From the IMG/VR virus record IMGVR_UViG_3300017527_000643, positions 29,972-93,971 of that record: a stretch of DNA of 64,000 bases; one strand, given 5' to 3'. Source of the DNA: a virus. Position numbers and translations under genes: made by a program. The notes under the pieces are model-generated. The model was not told the origin of the DNA. It worked only from the letters and a program-made list of their open reading frames with translations, and did not search any database. The stretch's first letter is position 1; each line of letters starts with the position of its first letter. Below, in pieces: positions 48,461-57,720 of this stretch.

Positions 48461-50022
48461 AAAAATTAGCAACGATGGAAGAGGAGGAACTGCAGCGCAT
48501 ATACGAGTTGACCTACAAATATGGCTGGATCGTATCAGAAGAGCGCGAAAAGGGTTGGCTTCCTGACAGGGCCTATCTAGAAAAATCCAAAATAGAGAGT
48601 GCGTTGAACCACTGGATCAATTATGGGTTAGACGAATTAACAGAAACCTACGATAAGTACATTTACGATCATACCGCAGAAGGTTGGGTAGAGCGCTGGA
48701 TGGAAATGTCTGAAGGGGCAGATCTTCCTTCACTTTTAGAAGCTCTTAAAAGCTGGGCCAAAAGCGGTTCATCAGCATTGGGTGAGCGTGAAATCGAAGA
48801 ACAGTTCCTAGAATCTATATTCGAAGCTGCGGGAGGCGAAGACACTTTTCAACAAGAGTTGTATGAATACCTTGGCCCACAGTTTATAGAAAACCATATA
48901 GAAGAAATGGACGATGTGGAAGACCAAGAAAAAATGGAAGAAGAATGGGAGGAAGTACAAAGCTATTACGGCCCAGAAGAGGGTGCCGAAGATTTCATTT
49001 ACAAACATAACCTTGATAAGCAATTCCAGGAACATATAGCAGAAGCCGACTATGGCACAGTAAATTGGTTCGTAGATACGTACCATATTTCTGATGCGCT
49101 GGAACACTTTGGTCATCTGATTGACAATGAAGGATTCTTTAGAAACCTATTCTTTAATTCTTACGTGAAGAACTTCCCAGGATTGGATGAAACAGTTGAA
49201 GAGGTAGAAAGAGTAAAGGGCGAAATAGAATCTGCAAAGGCATCTGATATAAGTGCCAAGATAATTACCTTTCAATTAGGACTAACTACTGCACATCAGT
49301 TTGGCGCAATGGCAGATCACTTGCTAGAAACTGGCGTAGGAAGCGGTGAAAAAATACTAGATGAAATGTCTTCTGGGCCGCATGTGCAAGAATGGGATAG
49401 AGAGCTTGAACAGATTCTTGGACCAAAAATTCAAACAGAACAGCCTCCTGAGTACTTTACGCCTGGGGCTAATGAGAAATTAGCTCATCTTATGCAGGCG
49501 TTGTATATGCTTGCTTCGAATGATCTGTATCATGTTACCTATCTAAACAACGTTCCAGCAATAGAAGCAAAAGGATTAGCTATTTCTACAGGAGGGTCAT
49601 TTTCTGGCTATGGGTGGGGGGACGAAGGGCGAATTCACCTCACGGATAACGCTGGCATAGGCTTCTGGATGGATCGCTTTGCGCAGTTAGCCGAACACAA
49701 TGTGGAAAATCCTTTGGAAGATGGGCTGCTCCCGGTCGTAGTACGAATTCCAAAAGAAGCGCTGGAAGCTTTTGAACTGGAACTAGACGAGCACGGAACT
49801 AAAGATCAGGCATACGGCGAAGCGTATTACACCACTGCAGATATCCCATCGGATTATTTGGAAATATGGAATGGGAACGGCTGGGTAGCTCTAAGCAGTG
49901 TTGATTTGCTCACGATGCAGTCCACGGCAGAAGAGGCTGCATCAATTGATAAGTATGAAGAAGGCGGGGAAATGCACGAAGATATCATTCCTGATTTTGA
50001 TGTCTTCAACCCAAATATTTAG
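48457..50022 (+). CDS. Acidic two-domain protein: uncharacterised helical domain + ADP-ribosyltransferase-like domain
   Basis: IYELTYK...LPDRAY...TTAHQFGAMA domain; C-terminal LYHVT..NVPAIEAKGL...IHLT...YYTTADIP. Confidence 0.65.
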   Translation: MKKLATMEEEELQRIYELTYKYGWIVSEEREKGWLPDRAYLEKSKIESALNHWINYGLDELTETYDKYIYDHTAEGWVERWMEMSEGADLPSLLEALKSWAKSGSSALGEREIEEQFLESIFEAAGGEDTFQQELYEYLGPQFIENHIEEMDDVEDQEKMEEEWEEVQSYYGPEEGAEDFIYKHNLDKQFQEHIAEADYGTVNWFVDTYHISDALEHFGHLIDNEGFFRNLFFNSYVKNFPGLDETVEEVERVKGEIESAKASDISAKIITFQLGLTTAHQFGAMADHLLETGVGSGEKILDEMSSGPHVQEWDRELEQILGPKIQTEQPPEYFTPGANEKLAHLMQALYMLASNDLYHVTYLNNVPAIEAKGLAISTGGSFSGYGWGDEGRIHLTDNAGIGFWMDRFAQLAEHNVENPLEDGLLPVVVRIPKEALEAFELELDEHGTKDQAYGEAYYTTADIPSDYLEIWNGNGWVALSSVDLLTMQSTAEEAASIDKYEEGGEMHEDIIPDFDVFNPNI

Positions 50023-50067
50023 ACAGAACTTTACTTTCTAGCCCAATTTATTTATAAAATATTCTCC

Positions 50068-50676
50068 ATGAAGCGGAAAGTACCATGGATAGATTTTATT
50101 ATGCACGGCTCATTTACGTTACTTGGGCTGCTTGGTGTAATTTGCGTTTTAGTTTTTGATTATTCTATCGGTGCGATGATCGCATCATCGAGTGCCTTCC
50201 TTGGATTCCTGATTGTATTTATAGTTGTATTTTTCAGATGGGAATCGTCTGAACCAGACTATATCACTAAGCATGGGACCGCTGTTTGGACTGATGGATT
50301 ACCAATAATTGATAGAGAACGGATGGAACAAGCATTAGATTTTTACATAAGAAAGTTACCTTCCTACGCTTCTCAGGTAGAAATCTCTACCGAACAATTG
50401 GAATATATGCTGAAGGGTGCACAAATCGAATGGAGCAGAAAGAAGATCAGTGCAATTGGCATTGGTTGGCAAGTGAAAGATAAAGCAGGATTGCAAAGTG
50501 GAAAAGCAATAAAGGTATATTGGTCTGGATCAATTGTAAATTCTGCCTTGTACCACGAATTGCACCATATGGTGGATGAAATAGTTATTGGACTACCGCC
50601 AGATTACAAGCACGAGCGTACAGGGTGGTGGTCTATTATTCCTGCGTTGAAAAAGGATTTTGGGAGTCAAACATAA
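50068..50676 (+). CDS. Membrane-anchored HExxH metallopeptidase-like protein
   Basis: Two N-terminal TM helices; ALYHELHHMVDE. Confidence 0.6.
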   Translation: MKRKVPWIDFIMHGSFTLLGLLGVICVLVFDYSIGAMIASSSAFLGFLIVFIVVFFRWESSEPDYITKHGTAVWTDGLPIIDRERMEQALDFYIRKLPSYASQVEISTEQLEYMLKGAQIEWSRKKISAIGIGWQVKDKAGLQSGKAIKVYWSGSIVNSALYHELHHMVDEIVIGLPPDYKHERTGWWSIIPALKKDFGSQT

Positions 50677-52817
50677 TGAATAAATCTGCGCGATATGGGA
50701 GTGGTATAGAAACCCAGGTATTAGAAGATATTTATGAATTGACGTACAAGCTGCAAATGCTCAACCAGGAAGAGAAGCGCGGAGATTACGGACTTCCCCA
50801 ATCACTTCCTGATCGGGCTTACATTGAAAAATCAAAAATAGAAACACAATTGTCAAAGAAACTAAGTGAAGTTCATGAAAGAATGGTAGAAGTCTATGAT
50901 GATTGGATTAGCGATCATGCCCCAGACCCAAGCCATTTTTCTGAGCAGGCATACGAATATTGGGGCGAGCGCCGGTATGAAGCAGAACACGGATACGGGC
51001 ATTTGGGGGATGTCGCAGATCTATTTGGAGACAATGATGTATTAGAAACTGTCGTGGAATTTGTGCAAGATTTACGTTCAGAAGAAGAGGAGGAAGAAGA
51101 AGTTGAAGAGGAAGATCCTTATGATGCGTGGATCAAATATTTAGATTCAATCAAAGCTAAAAAAGCCCAGCAACAAGAATTTGAATTTATGGAGTCTCCT
51201 GAGTTTGTACCTACTGAAGTTGAAGAGGTTGAACCGGAAAAACCTCTTGAAGAAATGACCATCGAAGAACTGGCAGAATTAGAAGAAGTCAAAGAGAACT
51301 TATCAGATGTCCTGGATGAAATTGAAAAACAAAATTACTTTGATACTTTTATAGAATGGCAAATAGAAGCAGAACAGGAACAATTCGAGGATGATGGGCC
51401 ATATGCTGATGTAAAGGAAATGCGGTCAGCTATGGATGAATGGGATAGTTTATCCCTTAGTGACAGAATCATATTGTTCCAAGAAGCGCTGACCACCATG
51501 CACAACAGCGGCGAAATGGCTCAATATCTTTTGGATGATGAGAACGCTGTAGAAATTCTAAACCAGTTGTCGGCTGGCCCCCATGTAGAAGAATGGGATT
51601 ACGATTTGTCCAAGATGTTGGGCTATCCACTAGGCTCTAAACTAGCGCCGACGCAGGAGTGGTTCGTGCCTGCAGCACTGAAACACCTAGCTGCAGCAAT
51701 TCTGGCGCTTGAACGCCCAGGGGAAACTATAACTCCTGAAGATTTAAAACAGATTTATGAGGGAACTTACAAACTACAAATGTTAGATCAGGAAGAACAA
51801 TTAGGAGAATATGGGCTTCCTAAACAACTGCCTGATAGAGCTTATATAGAAAAATCAAGAGTAGAAACTCAATTAGCGAAAAAGTTGGATGAAGTTTATT
51901 CTTCAGTAATTGAAGCTTATGATTATTGGATTTCTATACACGATTACCCTATTGATTGGGCGGTAGAACAGGTTCAACAGTTTTGGAAGAACGAAATACG
52001 TTTTTCAATTGAGGATCAGTATCAAGGTCTTAATCTCATTTTTAGTATATTAGATAGAGATGAGGTTATGGGAACTATAAGAGAATTTATAAAAGAAAAA
52101 ATAGCCCAAGGAGATGATACTTTAGTATCAGTTCTTGAATACGCAGGAAAATCTTTAGAAGAAATAGCTTATGAAGACGTTTCTGAAGCGCTTGCTCCGT
52201 ACACGTCCGAACTTCTTGATAGGATTGAGCAGGAAGAGTATTTTGTAAGATCCCTAGCAGACGAGGCAGAAAAGGATCTGCAAGACGAACACGAAGGAAG
52301 TGCCTTGGGTGCAATTAAGCAAATGAGGGCCGCGCTTGACGAATGGAATCAGCAAGATATTAGCGGTAAGATCATATTGTTCCAGGAAGCTTTGACTACA
52401 ATGCACAACAATTCCGAAATGGCCAATTATATTATTAAACACCAAGCTCCTATACAGCTTTTAAATGAATTATCACAAGGCCCAGATGTTCCCCAATGGG
52501 ATTACGATCTAACTAAATTGCTAGGGCATCCTCCTGGGTCTACTATAGCTCCAAAGGAACAGCAGTGGTTCACGCCCGCTTCCTTGAGGGGCATCTCCAG
52601 AGTTATTGCTATGCTTACTGGAGGCGGTATGGAAAAGGTAGCTGTGATTAGAAAGTGCAAGAAAGGTGATTCCGAAGAAGGGAAACCGTGGTGTCTCTAC
52701 ACGCATGATGGGTCTAGATTGCTTGGTAGGCATCCTTCCAAAGAATCTGCGGTCAAGCAGGAACAGGCAATAAAAGCACAGGGCAGGCTAGCAAAAGTTA
52801 TTGCAGTACTCAGGTAG
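50676..52817 (+). CDS. Acidic polyprotein: two copies of the 48457 helical domain + small head-associated-type domain
   Basis: Repeats IYE(L/G)TYKLQML...LPDRAYIEKS...IILFQEALTTMHN..EMA...WDYDL; C-terminal IRKC..KPWCLYTHDGSRLLGRHPSKESAVKQEQAI; TAATG overlap start. Confidence 0.7.
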   Translation: MNKSARYGSGIETQVLEDIYELTYKLQMLNQEEKRGDYGLPQSLPDRAYIEKSKIETQLSKKLSEVHERMVEVYDDWISDHAPDPSHFSEQAYEYWGERRYEAEHGYGHLGDVADLFGDNDVLETVVEFVQDLRSEEEEEEEVEEEDPYDAWIKYLDSIKAKKAQQQEFEFMESPEFVPTEVEEVEPEKPLEEMTIEELAELEEVKENLSDVLDEIEKQNYFDTFIEWQIEAEQEQFEDDGPYADVKEMRSAMDEWDSLSLSDRIILFQEALTTMHNSGEMAQYLLDDENAVEILNQLSAGPHVEEWDYDLSKMLGYPLGSKLAPTQEWFVPAALKHLAAAILALERPGETITPEDLKQIYEGTYKLQMLDQEEQLGEYGLPKQLPDRAYIEKSRVETQLAKKLDEVYSSVIEAYDYWISIHDYPIDWAVEQVQQFWKNEIRFSIEDQYQGLNLIFSILDRDEVMGTIREFIKEKIAQGDDTLVSVLEYAGKSLEEIAYEDVSEALAPYTSELLDRIEQEEYFVRSLADEAEKDLQDEHEGSALGAIKQMRAALDEWNQQDISGKIILFQEALTTMHNNSEMANYIIKHQAPIQLLNELSQGPDVPQWDYDLTKLLGHPPGSTIAPKEQQWFTPASLRGISRVIAMLTGGGMEKVAVIRKCKKGDSEEGKPWCLYTHDGSRLLGRHPSKESAVKQEQAIKAQGRLAKVIAVLR

Positions 52818-52830
52818 CGTATGAACTACC

Positions 52831-53040
52831 ATGAAACCTGGAACCATATTCAATTGTGGGGAGTGCCTTCACACTGAATATTGCGACTCCAGGAATGTAT
52901 TAGCGTCAAACACCCGCCATTATTGCAGATTGATTGACGATAATCCCCCGTACATCGTCATTGAACGGTTTGATGAAACTGGAAAAAGCAAAATGATTCT
53001 CTTCCTGCAGACCGACAACGCCATAATGCAGATTCAATAA
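52831..53040 (+). CDS. Small Cys-rich hypothetical protein
   Basis: CGEC...C...C. Confidence 0.45.
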   Translation: MKPGTIFNCGECLHTEYCDSRNVLASNTRHYCRLIDDNPPYIVIERFDETGKSKMILFLQTDNAIMQIQ

Positions 53041-53049
53041 ATATTCTAC

Positions 53050-53080
53050 TTTACAAAACTAAACTTAGTGCTGATACTAT
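53050..53080 (+). promoter_or_regulatory. Early-type promoter TTTACAAAACTAAAC family
   Basis: TTTACA aaactaaacttagtgct GATACT; matches the 24414(-) and 56559 copies. Confidence 0.6.
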
Positions 53081-53100
53081 CCTTAGCCAAGGAGAGTACG

Positions 53101-53283
53101 ATGGAAAATTGTGGTTGCCTATCCTGCAAAGAAAGAGAAAATGAAACACCGTTTGATGCCATGCTCCGTGCTCTCAAGGTGATGGTGCTTGACAAGCGTC
53201 ACCGGGCCTGGATGAAAGAGAACGACCCCAAGGCGCTGGAACAAGCCGAATACGCAATTGACTTTGCGGAGGGCAAGCTATGA
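53101..53283 (+). CDS. Hypothetical protein
   Basis: AAGGAG RBS; ENDPKALEQAEYAI. Confidence 0.6.
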   Translation: MENCGCLSCKERENETPFDAMLRALKVMVLDKRHRAWMKENDPKALEQAEYAIDFAEGKL

Positions 53284-53561
53284 GCGATCACGATTTTTGT
53301 AGAAGCTTGATGGGCCAGGTAATGGCAGATGTGCGCAAGCATGTCCCGGTAGAGGATCGAAAGAAGGCGTGGGCCTATAAGTTCGATGGCTTTGGTAGCG
53401 TGGAATTCCATGGCCCCAATGACTTCTACTGGCACGGGGGTGGGTGCTGCAAGTGGATGGCCCGCTACGAAGGCTGGAGTGCTTACCTGGCCAAGCTGGC
53501 GCGGGAAGGCAACAAGGAGTTGAAGGGCTACCTTCACGAGTTTGAAAAGGAAGCTTCATAA
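53280..53561 (+). CDS. Hypothetical protein
   Basis: ATGA overlap; GC-rich codons. Confidence 0.6.
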   Translation: MSDHDFCRSLMGQVMADVRKHVPVEDRKKAWAYKFDGFGSVEFHGPNDFYWHGGGCCKWMARYEGWSAYLAKLAREGNKELKGYLHEFEKEAS

Positions 53562-53746
53562 TGCTTTACGTATTCGTCTTCAAGCAGTCCCCTCATTTGA
53601 ACGTTGCTATCGAAGCTGACAACTTCGAAGATGCATATCAAAGTGTAATCACTGACTGGTGGACACACGAGGAAGACGATATCAACAACGAAGGCTTTGA
53701 AGTTATTCCTATCCACCATTACGAACTAAAAAGCGAAAAAGAATAA
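53561..53746 (+). CDS. Hypothetical protein
   Basis: TAATG overlap. Confidence 0.55.
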   Translation: MLYVFVFKQSPHLNVAIEADNFEDAYQSVITDWWTHEEDDINNEGFEVIPIHHYELKSEKE

Positions 53747-53758
53747 TGGAGGAACTCT

Positions 53759-54403
53759 ATGCATGTAGTTACTGTAAAGAAGGCCCGTAAGGATCAGGAT
53801 AATTGTCAGAACTGCGGAAAGGAAATCAAGCGTGGTGATTCGTACAAGTGGGCCAAAAGCAGGTTTGGACCTAAGCTTGTAAAGTGCACCGACTGCAATT
53901 TCCGCCCATCTGAACTGACTTCTAGTAGGATGGGTACAATTTATGATGCCCAGGAAGATATCAATGAGCAAATCGCGGTATGGGAAAGTGACGAATCCAG
54001 CGATCTTAGCTCGATTCTAGAAGAATTCGCGTCAACCGTGCGTGAGGTTGCAGAAGAGTACACGGAGAGCGCAGAGAACATGCCTGAGAGCTTACAGGAG
54101 TCCCCTGTAGCCGAGGAATGCCGTGAGAAGGCTGATGAGCTTGAAGGATGGGCCGATGAGCTTGAATCGGTCGATTTCGAGGATTTCGAATTCGATGAAG
54201 AAGCATCCAGGGAAGACAATCAGGATGCAGCAGAGGCCGCTGCAGATGATTTGAAGAAGACACAGACTATCGCGGAACGCGATAAGTTTATCGAAGAATT
54301 CCTGGTAGATGCAATTGAAGGTGAGCGTCAAGATGCCTTCGAACAATGGGCAGAAGAGCAGCGCAATGCTGCAACTGAAGCTGTAGATAATTGTCCTGGC
54401 TAA
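53759..54403 (+). CDS. Zinc-finger + acidic coiled-coil protein
   Basis: KKARKD..CQNCGKEIKRGDSY...CTDC; GGAGG RBS. Confidence 0.7.
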   Translation: MHVVTVKKARKDQDNCQNCGKEIKRGDSYKWAKSRFGPKLVKCTDCNFRPSELTSSRMGTIYDAQEDINEQIAVWESDESSDLSSILEEFASTVREVAEEYTESAENMPESLQESPVAEECREKADELEGWADELESVDFEDFEFDEEASREDNQDAAEAAADDLKKTQTIAERDKFIEEFLVDAIEGERQDAFEQWAEEQRNAATEAVDNCPG

Positions 54404-54477
54404 CCCACTAATCCCCTGACGGAAGCTAAACAATTTTAGCTCACTATGCTATCCTCCTTTCTTAGGAGGGTTGTGCT

Positions 54478-54663
54478 ATGAAATCCATTATAGCTATCGG
54501 CATAGCTATTGCTTTTTTATTCTTGCCCGGTTGTCCGAAAGAAGTAAAAAAGGATGACCCTAAGCTAGAAGAACCTAAGAACGGTGAGGAAACACCTGCG
54601 TGGTCTAAATTCCCGCTGCCTGATGAAGAAAAAGAAGATAAAGAAGAAAAGGAAGACGAATAA
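54478..54663 (+). CDS. Small lipoprotein
   Basis: MKSIIAIGIAIAFLFLPGC lipobox; charged tail; AGGAGG RBS. Confidence 0.7.
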   Translation: MKSIIAIGIAIAFLFLPGCPKEVKKDDPKLEEPKNGEETPAWSKFPLPDEEKEDKEEKEDE

Positions 54664-54679
54664 ACTTCAGGAGAATATA

Positions 54680-55174
54680 ATGAAACGTATGCGTGTAGTA
54701 GCCCAGGTGTCCCCCATTGAAGCAGCGCTTTTTGAACTGCATAAAGTATTAGATCAGTTCTTTAAGCAAAAAGAAAATATAATCTATGGAACGCTTTATC
54801 TCCATGATGGTTCAACCGACATGGGATATAAAGCACCGTGGGGGGAATACGAAGAAGAAATAGATGTTGAGGTTAACGTAAAATTCACCCATGATGGGGA
54901 CGATTCCTTTATTGAGATTTTGTTTGGCCGTTCTGGTATCGGCGGCATATACGGTGCTCAGTCAGATGACGGAAACATAGAATTCATTATAGATATTGGG
55001 TCTGATGAAGAAACTGTTGGGACTTCTGCGATACCATTGGAAGCAGTTGCTAAAAACGTTTATGATAAAATAGAAGAATCAGACTTACCAGATGAGCACG
55101 CAGTTGACCGTGCGCAAGATGCTTACGATTCTGCGCAAGAAGATAAATGGGATTCACGGCGGGACGACTATTAA
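54680..55174 (+). CDS. Acidic protein with MKRMRVVA leader
   Basis: Start re-assigned after AGGAG; leader shared with five other ORFs. Confidence 0.75.
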   Translation: MKRMRVVAQVSPIEAALFELHKVLDQFFKQKENIIYGTLYLHDGSTDMGYKAPWGEYEEEIDVEVNVKFTHDGDDSFIEILFGRSGIGGIYGAQSDDGNIEFIIDIGSDEETVGTSAIPLEAVAKNVYDKIEESDLPDEHAVDRAQDAYDSAQEDKWDSRRDDY

Positions 55175-55187
55175 CTGGGAGTACCTA

Positions 55188-55601
55188 ATGAAACGTGTGC
55201 GTGTTGTAGCACAAATGTTAGCTAAAGATAAAATTGTTTTTCATTTGAAAAGCGCTATCCTAATATTAGGGGGACTGAAAGACCATGCTAAAACTGAATT
55301 GGGATTAGCTGGGCTATTCGATAAAGATAGTGATTATGATGGTATGATTGGTAAAGCAGTTATGGAATTAGTAGATACATTTGCTTCACAGGGCCATAGC
55401 GGATTTAGCGCCCAATGGGTATTAGAAGTATTTAATGAAGTAGCCCAATTCAAACCGCTTACGCCCATAACCAGTAATTCAGATGAATGGGAAGATGTAG
55501 CACGTTATGGAGATGGTAGTCCTCTTTGGCAGAATAAACGAGCACCAATGTACTTCAGTGAGGATGGTGGTAAAAATTGGTATGATGTAAACGAAATATA
55601 A
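55188..55601 (+). CDS. Phage protein (QGHSGFSA motif) with MKRVRVVA leader
   Basis: Start re-assigned after GGGAG. Confidence 0.75.
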   Translation: MKRVRVVAQMLAKDKIVFHLKSAILILGGLKDHAKTELGLAGLFDKDSDYDGMIGKAVMELVDTFASQGHSGFSAQWVLEVFNEVAQFKPLTPITSNSDEWEDVARYGDGSPLWQNKRAPMYFSEDGGKNWYDVNEI

Positions 55602-55612
55602 TAGTTTTGTAG

Positions 55613-55685
55613 TATAATGGATCTAGGGCTGGATAAGCCAGTCCTATAAACCGGTGTCGATTCGGGTATAAACTCGCGTCGATCC
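55613..55685 (+). promoter_or_regulatory. TATAAT promoter and two-hairpin 5' leader
   Basis: TAGGGCTGG-ATAAG-CCAGTCCTA and TCGA..CGGGT-ATAA-ACTCG..TCGA before the AAGGAGG RBS. Confidence 0.5.
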
Positions 55686-55699
55686 TGAAGGAGGAAGTC

Positions 55700-56542
55700 A
55701 TGATGAAGGTTACTAGCGATCTGTTTCAACTCAAAGTTCTCGTTAACTCCAAACCAATCCAGGAATATCACAAGGATTCCAAGACCTTTGTGGAAGGGCG
55801 GCAAGGTTCGAATTTTGAACTGCTGCTGAAAAACCTTACTCCACGCAGGTTATTGGTACACCCTACCGTGGATGGCTTGTCAGCTATGACAGGCAAGGAA
55901 GCCTCCAGGAACGATTACAGCGAAGGGTACGTACTGAACCCCTTCCAGGAGATGTCTGTACCTGGCTGGAGGCTCGACAACGAGTCTGTGGCCCGTTTCC
56001 TGTTCGCTGGTGAGGGCAGAAGTTACGCAGAGCAGACAGGACAGCCGAAGAATAAGGGAGTCATAGCTGCAGCAGTCTGGGAAGAACGCATACCTACTTG
56101 GCAGTCGAAAGTAATGTTCAATATTGAAACATCGGACTCTATTACATTTACAGATGGCACAGACAATGCCGATCCAGTCGGTGGCATCTATAATGTAAAC
56201 ACTGAGCCTGCATCTCATGGTGGGGAAGAACTGACCATTGGTAGTCTTTACACGCCAGAGCGTGGCGAAAAGCTTTCTAGGGGGCGAAAGCGCCGGGTAA
56301 GCACAAAGAGTGTAAATAACCTGGGAACTGGTTTTGGCAAGAAAGCAGACCACAACGTAATGACAGTCAAGTTTGAAATCAACCAGGCTGAACCGGATGC
56401 TATTGCCGTTATTTACTATGATGACTTCAGGGGGCTAGCAACGCGAGGGATAAAAATAAGCAGAAAGCCCCAAAGTGACAGCCTTCCTAACCCGTTTCCC
56501 AAGGATACGGGGTGTGTTCCGCCGCACGGTTGGCGCGGCTAA
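55700..56542 (+). CDS. Hypothetical protein (Ig-like N-domain)
   Basis: FVEGRQGSNFEL...TVDGLS...VPGWR...GVIAAAVWEE...LGTGFG; strong RBS. Confidence 0.7.
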   Translation: MMKVTSDLFQLKVLVNSKPIQEYHKDSKTFVEGRQGSNFELLLKNLTPRRLLVHPTVDGLSAMTGKEASRNDYSEGYVLNPFQEMSVPGWRLDNESVARFLFAGEGRSYAEQTGQPKNKGVIAAAVWEERIPTWQSKVMFNIETSDSITFTDGTDNADPVGGIYNVNTEPASHGGEELTIGSLYTPERGEKLSRGRKRRVSTKSVNNLGTGFGKKADHNVMTVKFEINQAEPDAIAVIYYDDFRGLATRGIKISRKPQSDSLPNPFPKDTGCVPPHGWRG

Positions 56543-56558
56543 TCTGTCAAGAAATTAG

Positions 56559-56590
56559 TTTACAAAACTAAACATGGTCCTTACTATACT
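56559..56590 (+). promoter_or_regulatory. Early-type promoter TTTACAAAACTAAAC family
   Basis: TTTACA-17-TACTAT; TTAGTTT-aca-AAACTAA dyad. Confidence 0.6.
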
Positions 56591-56607
56591 GGCAGGAGGT
56601 AGGGTCC

Positions 56608-56802
56608 ATGTTTTGTCTAATCTGTTGCAAGCAAATCGATCCAGGCCAACACACCTGCGGTAATTCTTACTGCCAGGAAGCTGACTTCTTCTTCCACCGG
56701 GCCAGAAACTCCAGAAAGAACAGCAAGAAACAGCGGGAAGCGTACAACCATGCGCTGAAGGTTGCCGCCATCCGACATAAACAGGTAGCTCGGCACGCCT
56801 AA
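56608..56802 (+). CDS. Small Cys-rich protein
   Basis: CLIC...CGNSYC; AGGAGG RBS. Confidence 0.55.
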   Translation: MFCLICCKQIDPGQHTCGNSYCQEADFFFHRARNSRKNSKKQREAYNHALKVAAIRHKQVARHA

Positions 56803-56824
56803 TTTAGTATAATGAAAAGAGATA

Positions 56825-57112
56825 ATGGCTAGACGCCTAAAAACTTTAGCTAAAGAGATAAACGACACGCTTCCTGGTTACACAGCGGAGATTGTCCAAG
56901 GCTATTGCAACACAGACCGAAAGATTGCAGGCACACGCCTACGTTGGGAAGGCAAAGGAAGGGAAGGAAATAGGCTTATCGTAAAGAATTCAAAAGGCGA
57001 AGTTGTGTTCGATCACAATTCCGCTGAAACATACAGATGCAACGAAGAAGTGGAAGAATGGGTCAAGTATGTAAAAGAGCATGGCAAACCTTATAATCCG
57101 TTTGAAAGGTAA
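56825..57112 (+). CDS. Hypothetical protein
   Basis: TATAAT upstream. Confidence 0.6.
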   Translation: MARRLKTLAKEINDTLPGYTAEIVQGYCNTDRKIAGTRLRWEGKGREGNRLIVKNSKGEVVFDHNSAETYRCNEEVEEWVKYVKEHGKPYNPFER

Positions 57113-57115
57113 ATA

Positions 57116-57589
57116 ATGGCTAAAAAAATTGTAATGAAAAAGCATTTTGTAACCTTTCTTAGCCCTGGAACGTTCTTCAATGAACAGTCTTCAAAAGAAG
57201 TAAAAAAGTGGGATGTGGTCAAGGCAGTCAAGATGGCCGATACTGTTTTGGAACGCCATGGAGCTACACCCTATGCATTTTATTTCTCCACACAAGGGCG
57301 CGGCGCTAAGGATTTGAACAGCAAAGAAATTGACCGAAGCCCAACGTATTTCCTGGGAGGAAAGATCGAAACGTTGGAAGAAGTAGAAGCACGCAATGCC
57401 CCTGACGAAAAAATTTTACGGTCTAACATGCGGGGCAACAACTACCATAAAATCATAATAAATAACAACTCTTGGAAGATTACAGTTCCATTTAACGAAG
57501 ACGAGGGCGATGTACTTCTGGATTACATTCCTCCGAGGGACAGAAATGAAAAAAAGAAAGCCAAAAGAAGTAAAAAAAGCAAAGCCTGA
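57116..57589 (+). CDS. Hypothetical protein
   Basis: FLSPGTFFNE...RHGATPYAFYF; AAGG RBS. Confidence 0.65.
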   Translation: MAKKIVMKKHFVTFLSPGTFFNEQSSKEVKKWDVVKAVKMADTVLERHGATPYAFYFSTQGRGAKDLNSKEIDRSPTYFLGGKIETLEEVEARNAPDEKILRSNMRGNNYHKIIINNNSWKITVPFNEDEGDVLLDYIPPRDRNEKKKAKRSKKSKA

Positions 57590-57713
57590 ACAGACTGAAC
57601 CCGACTGGACCAAGAAGTGTATTGTCTGTGGGGCAACTCCTATCGTTCCTATGACGGAGATGTGCGGGCCGTGTACTTTTGGAGAGGCTGAAACCGCAGG
57701 AGGAAATTGGTGA
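57546..57713 (+). CDS. Small zinc-finger protein
   Basis: CIVCGATP...MCGPCTFGE; GAGGG RBS. Confidence 0.55.
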   Translation: MKKRKPKEVKKAKPEQTEPDWTKKCIVCGATPIVPMTEMCGPCTFGEAETAGGNW

Positions 57714-57720
57714 GGCGCAA

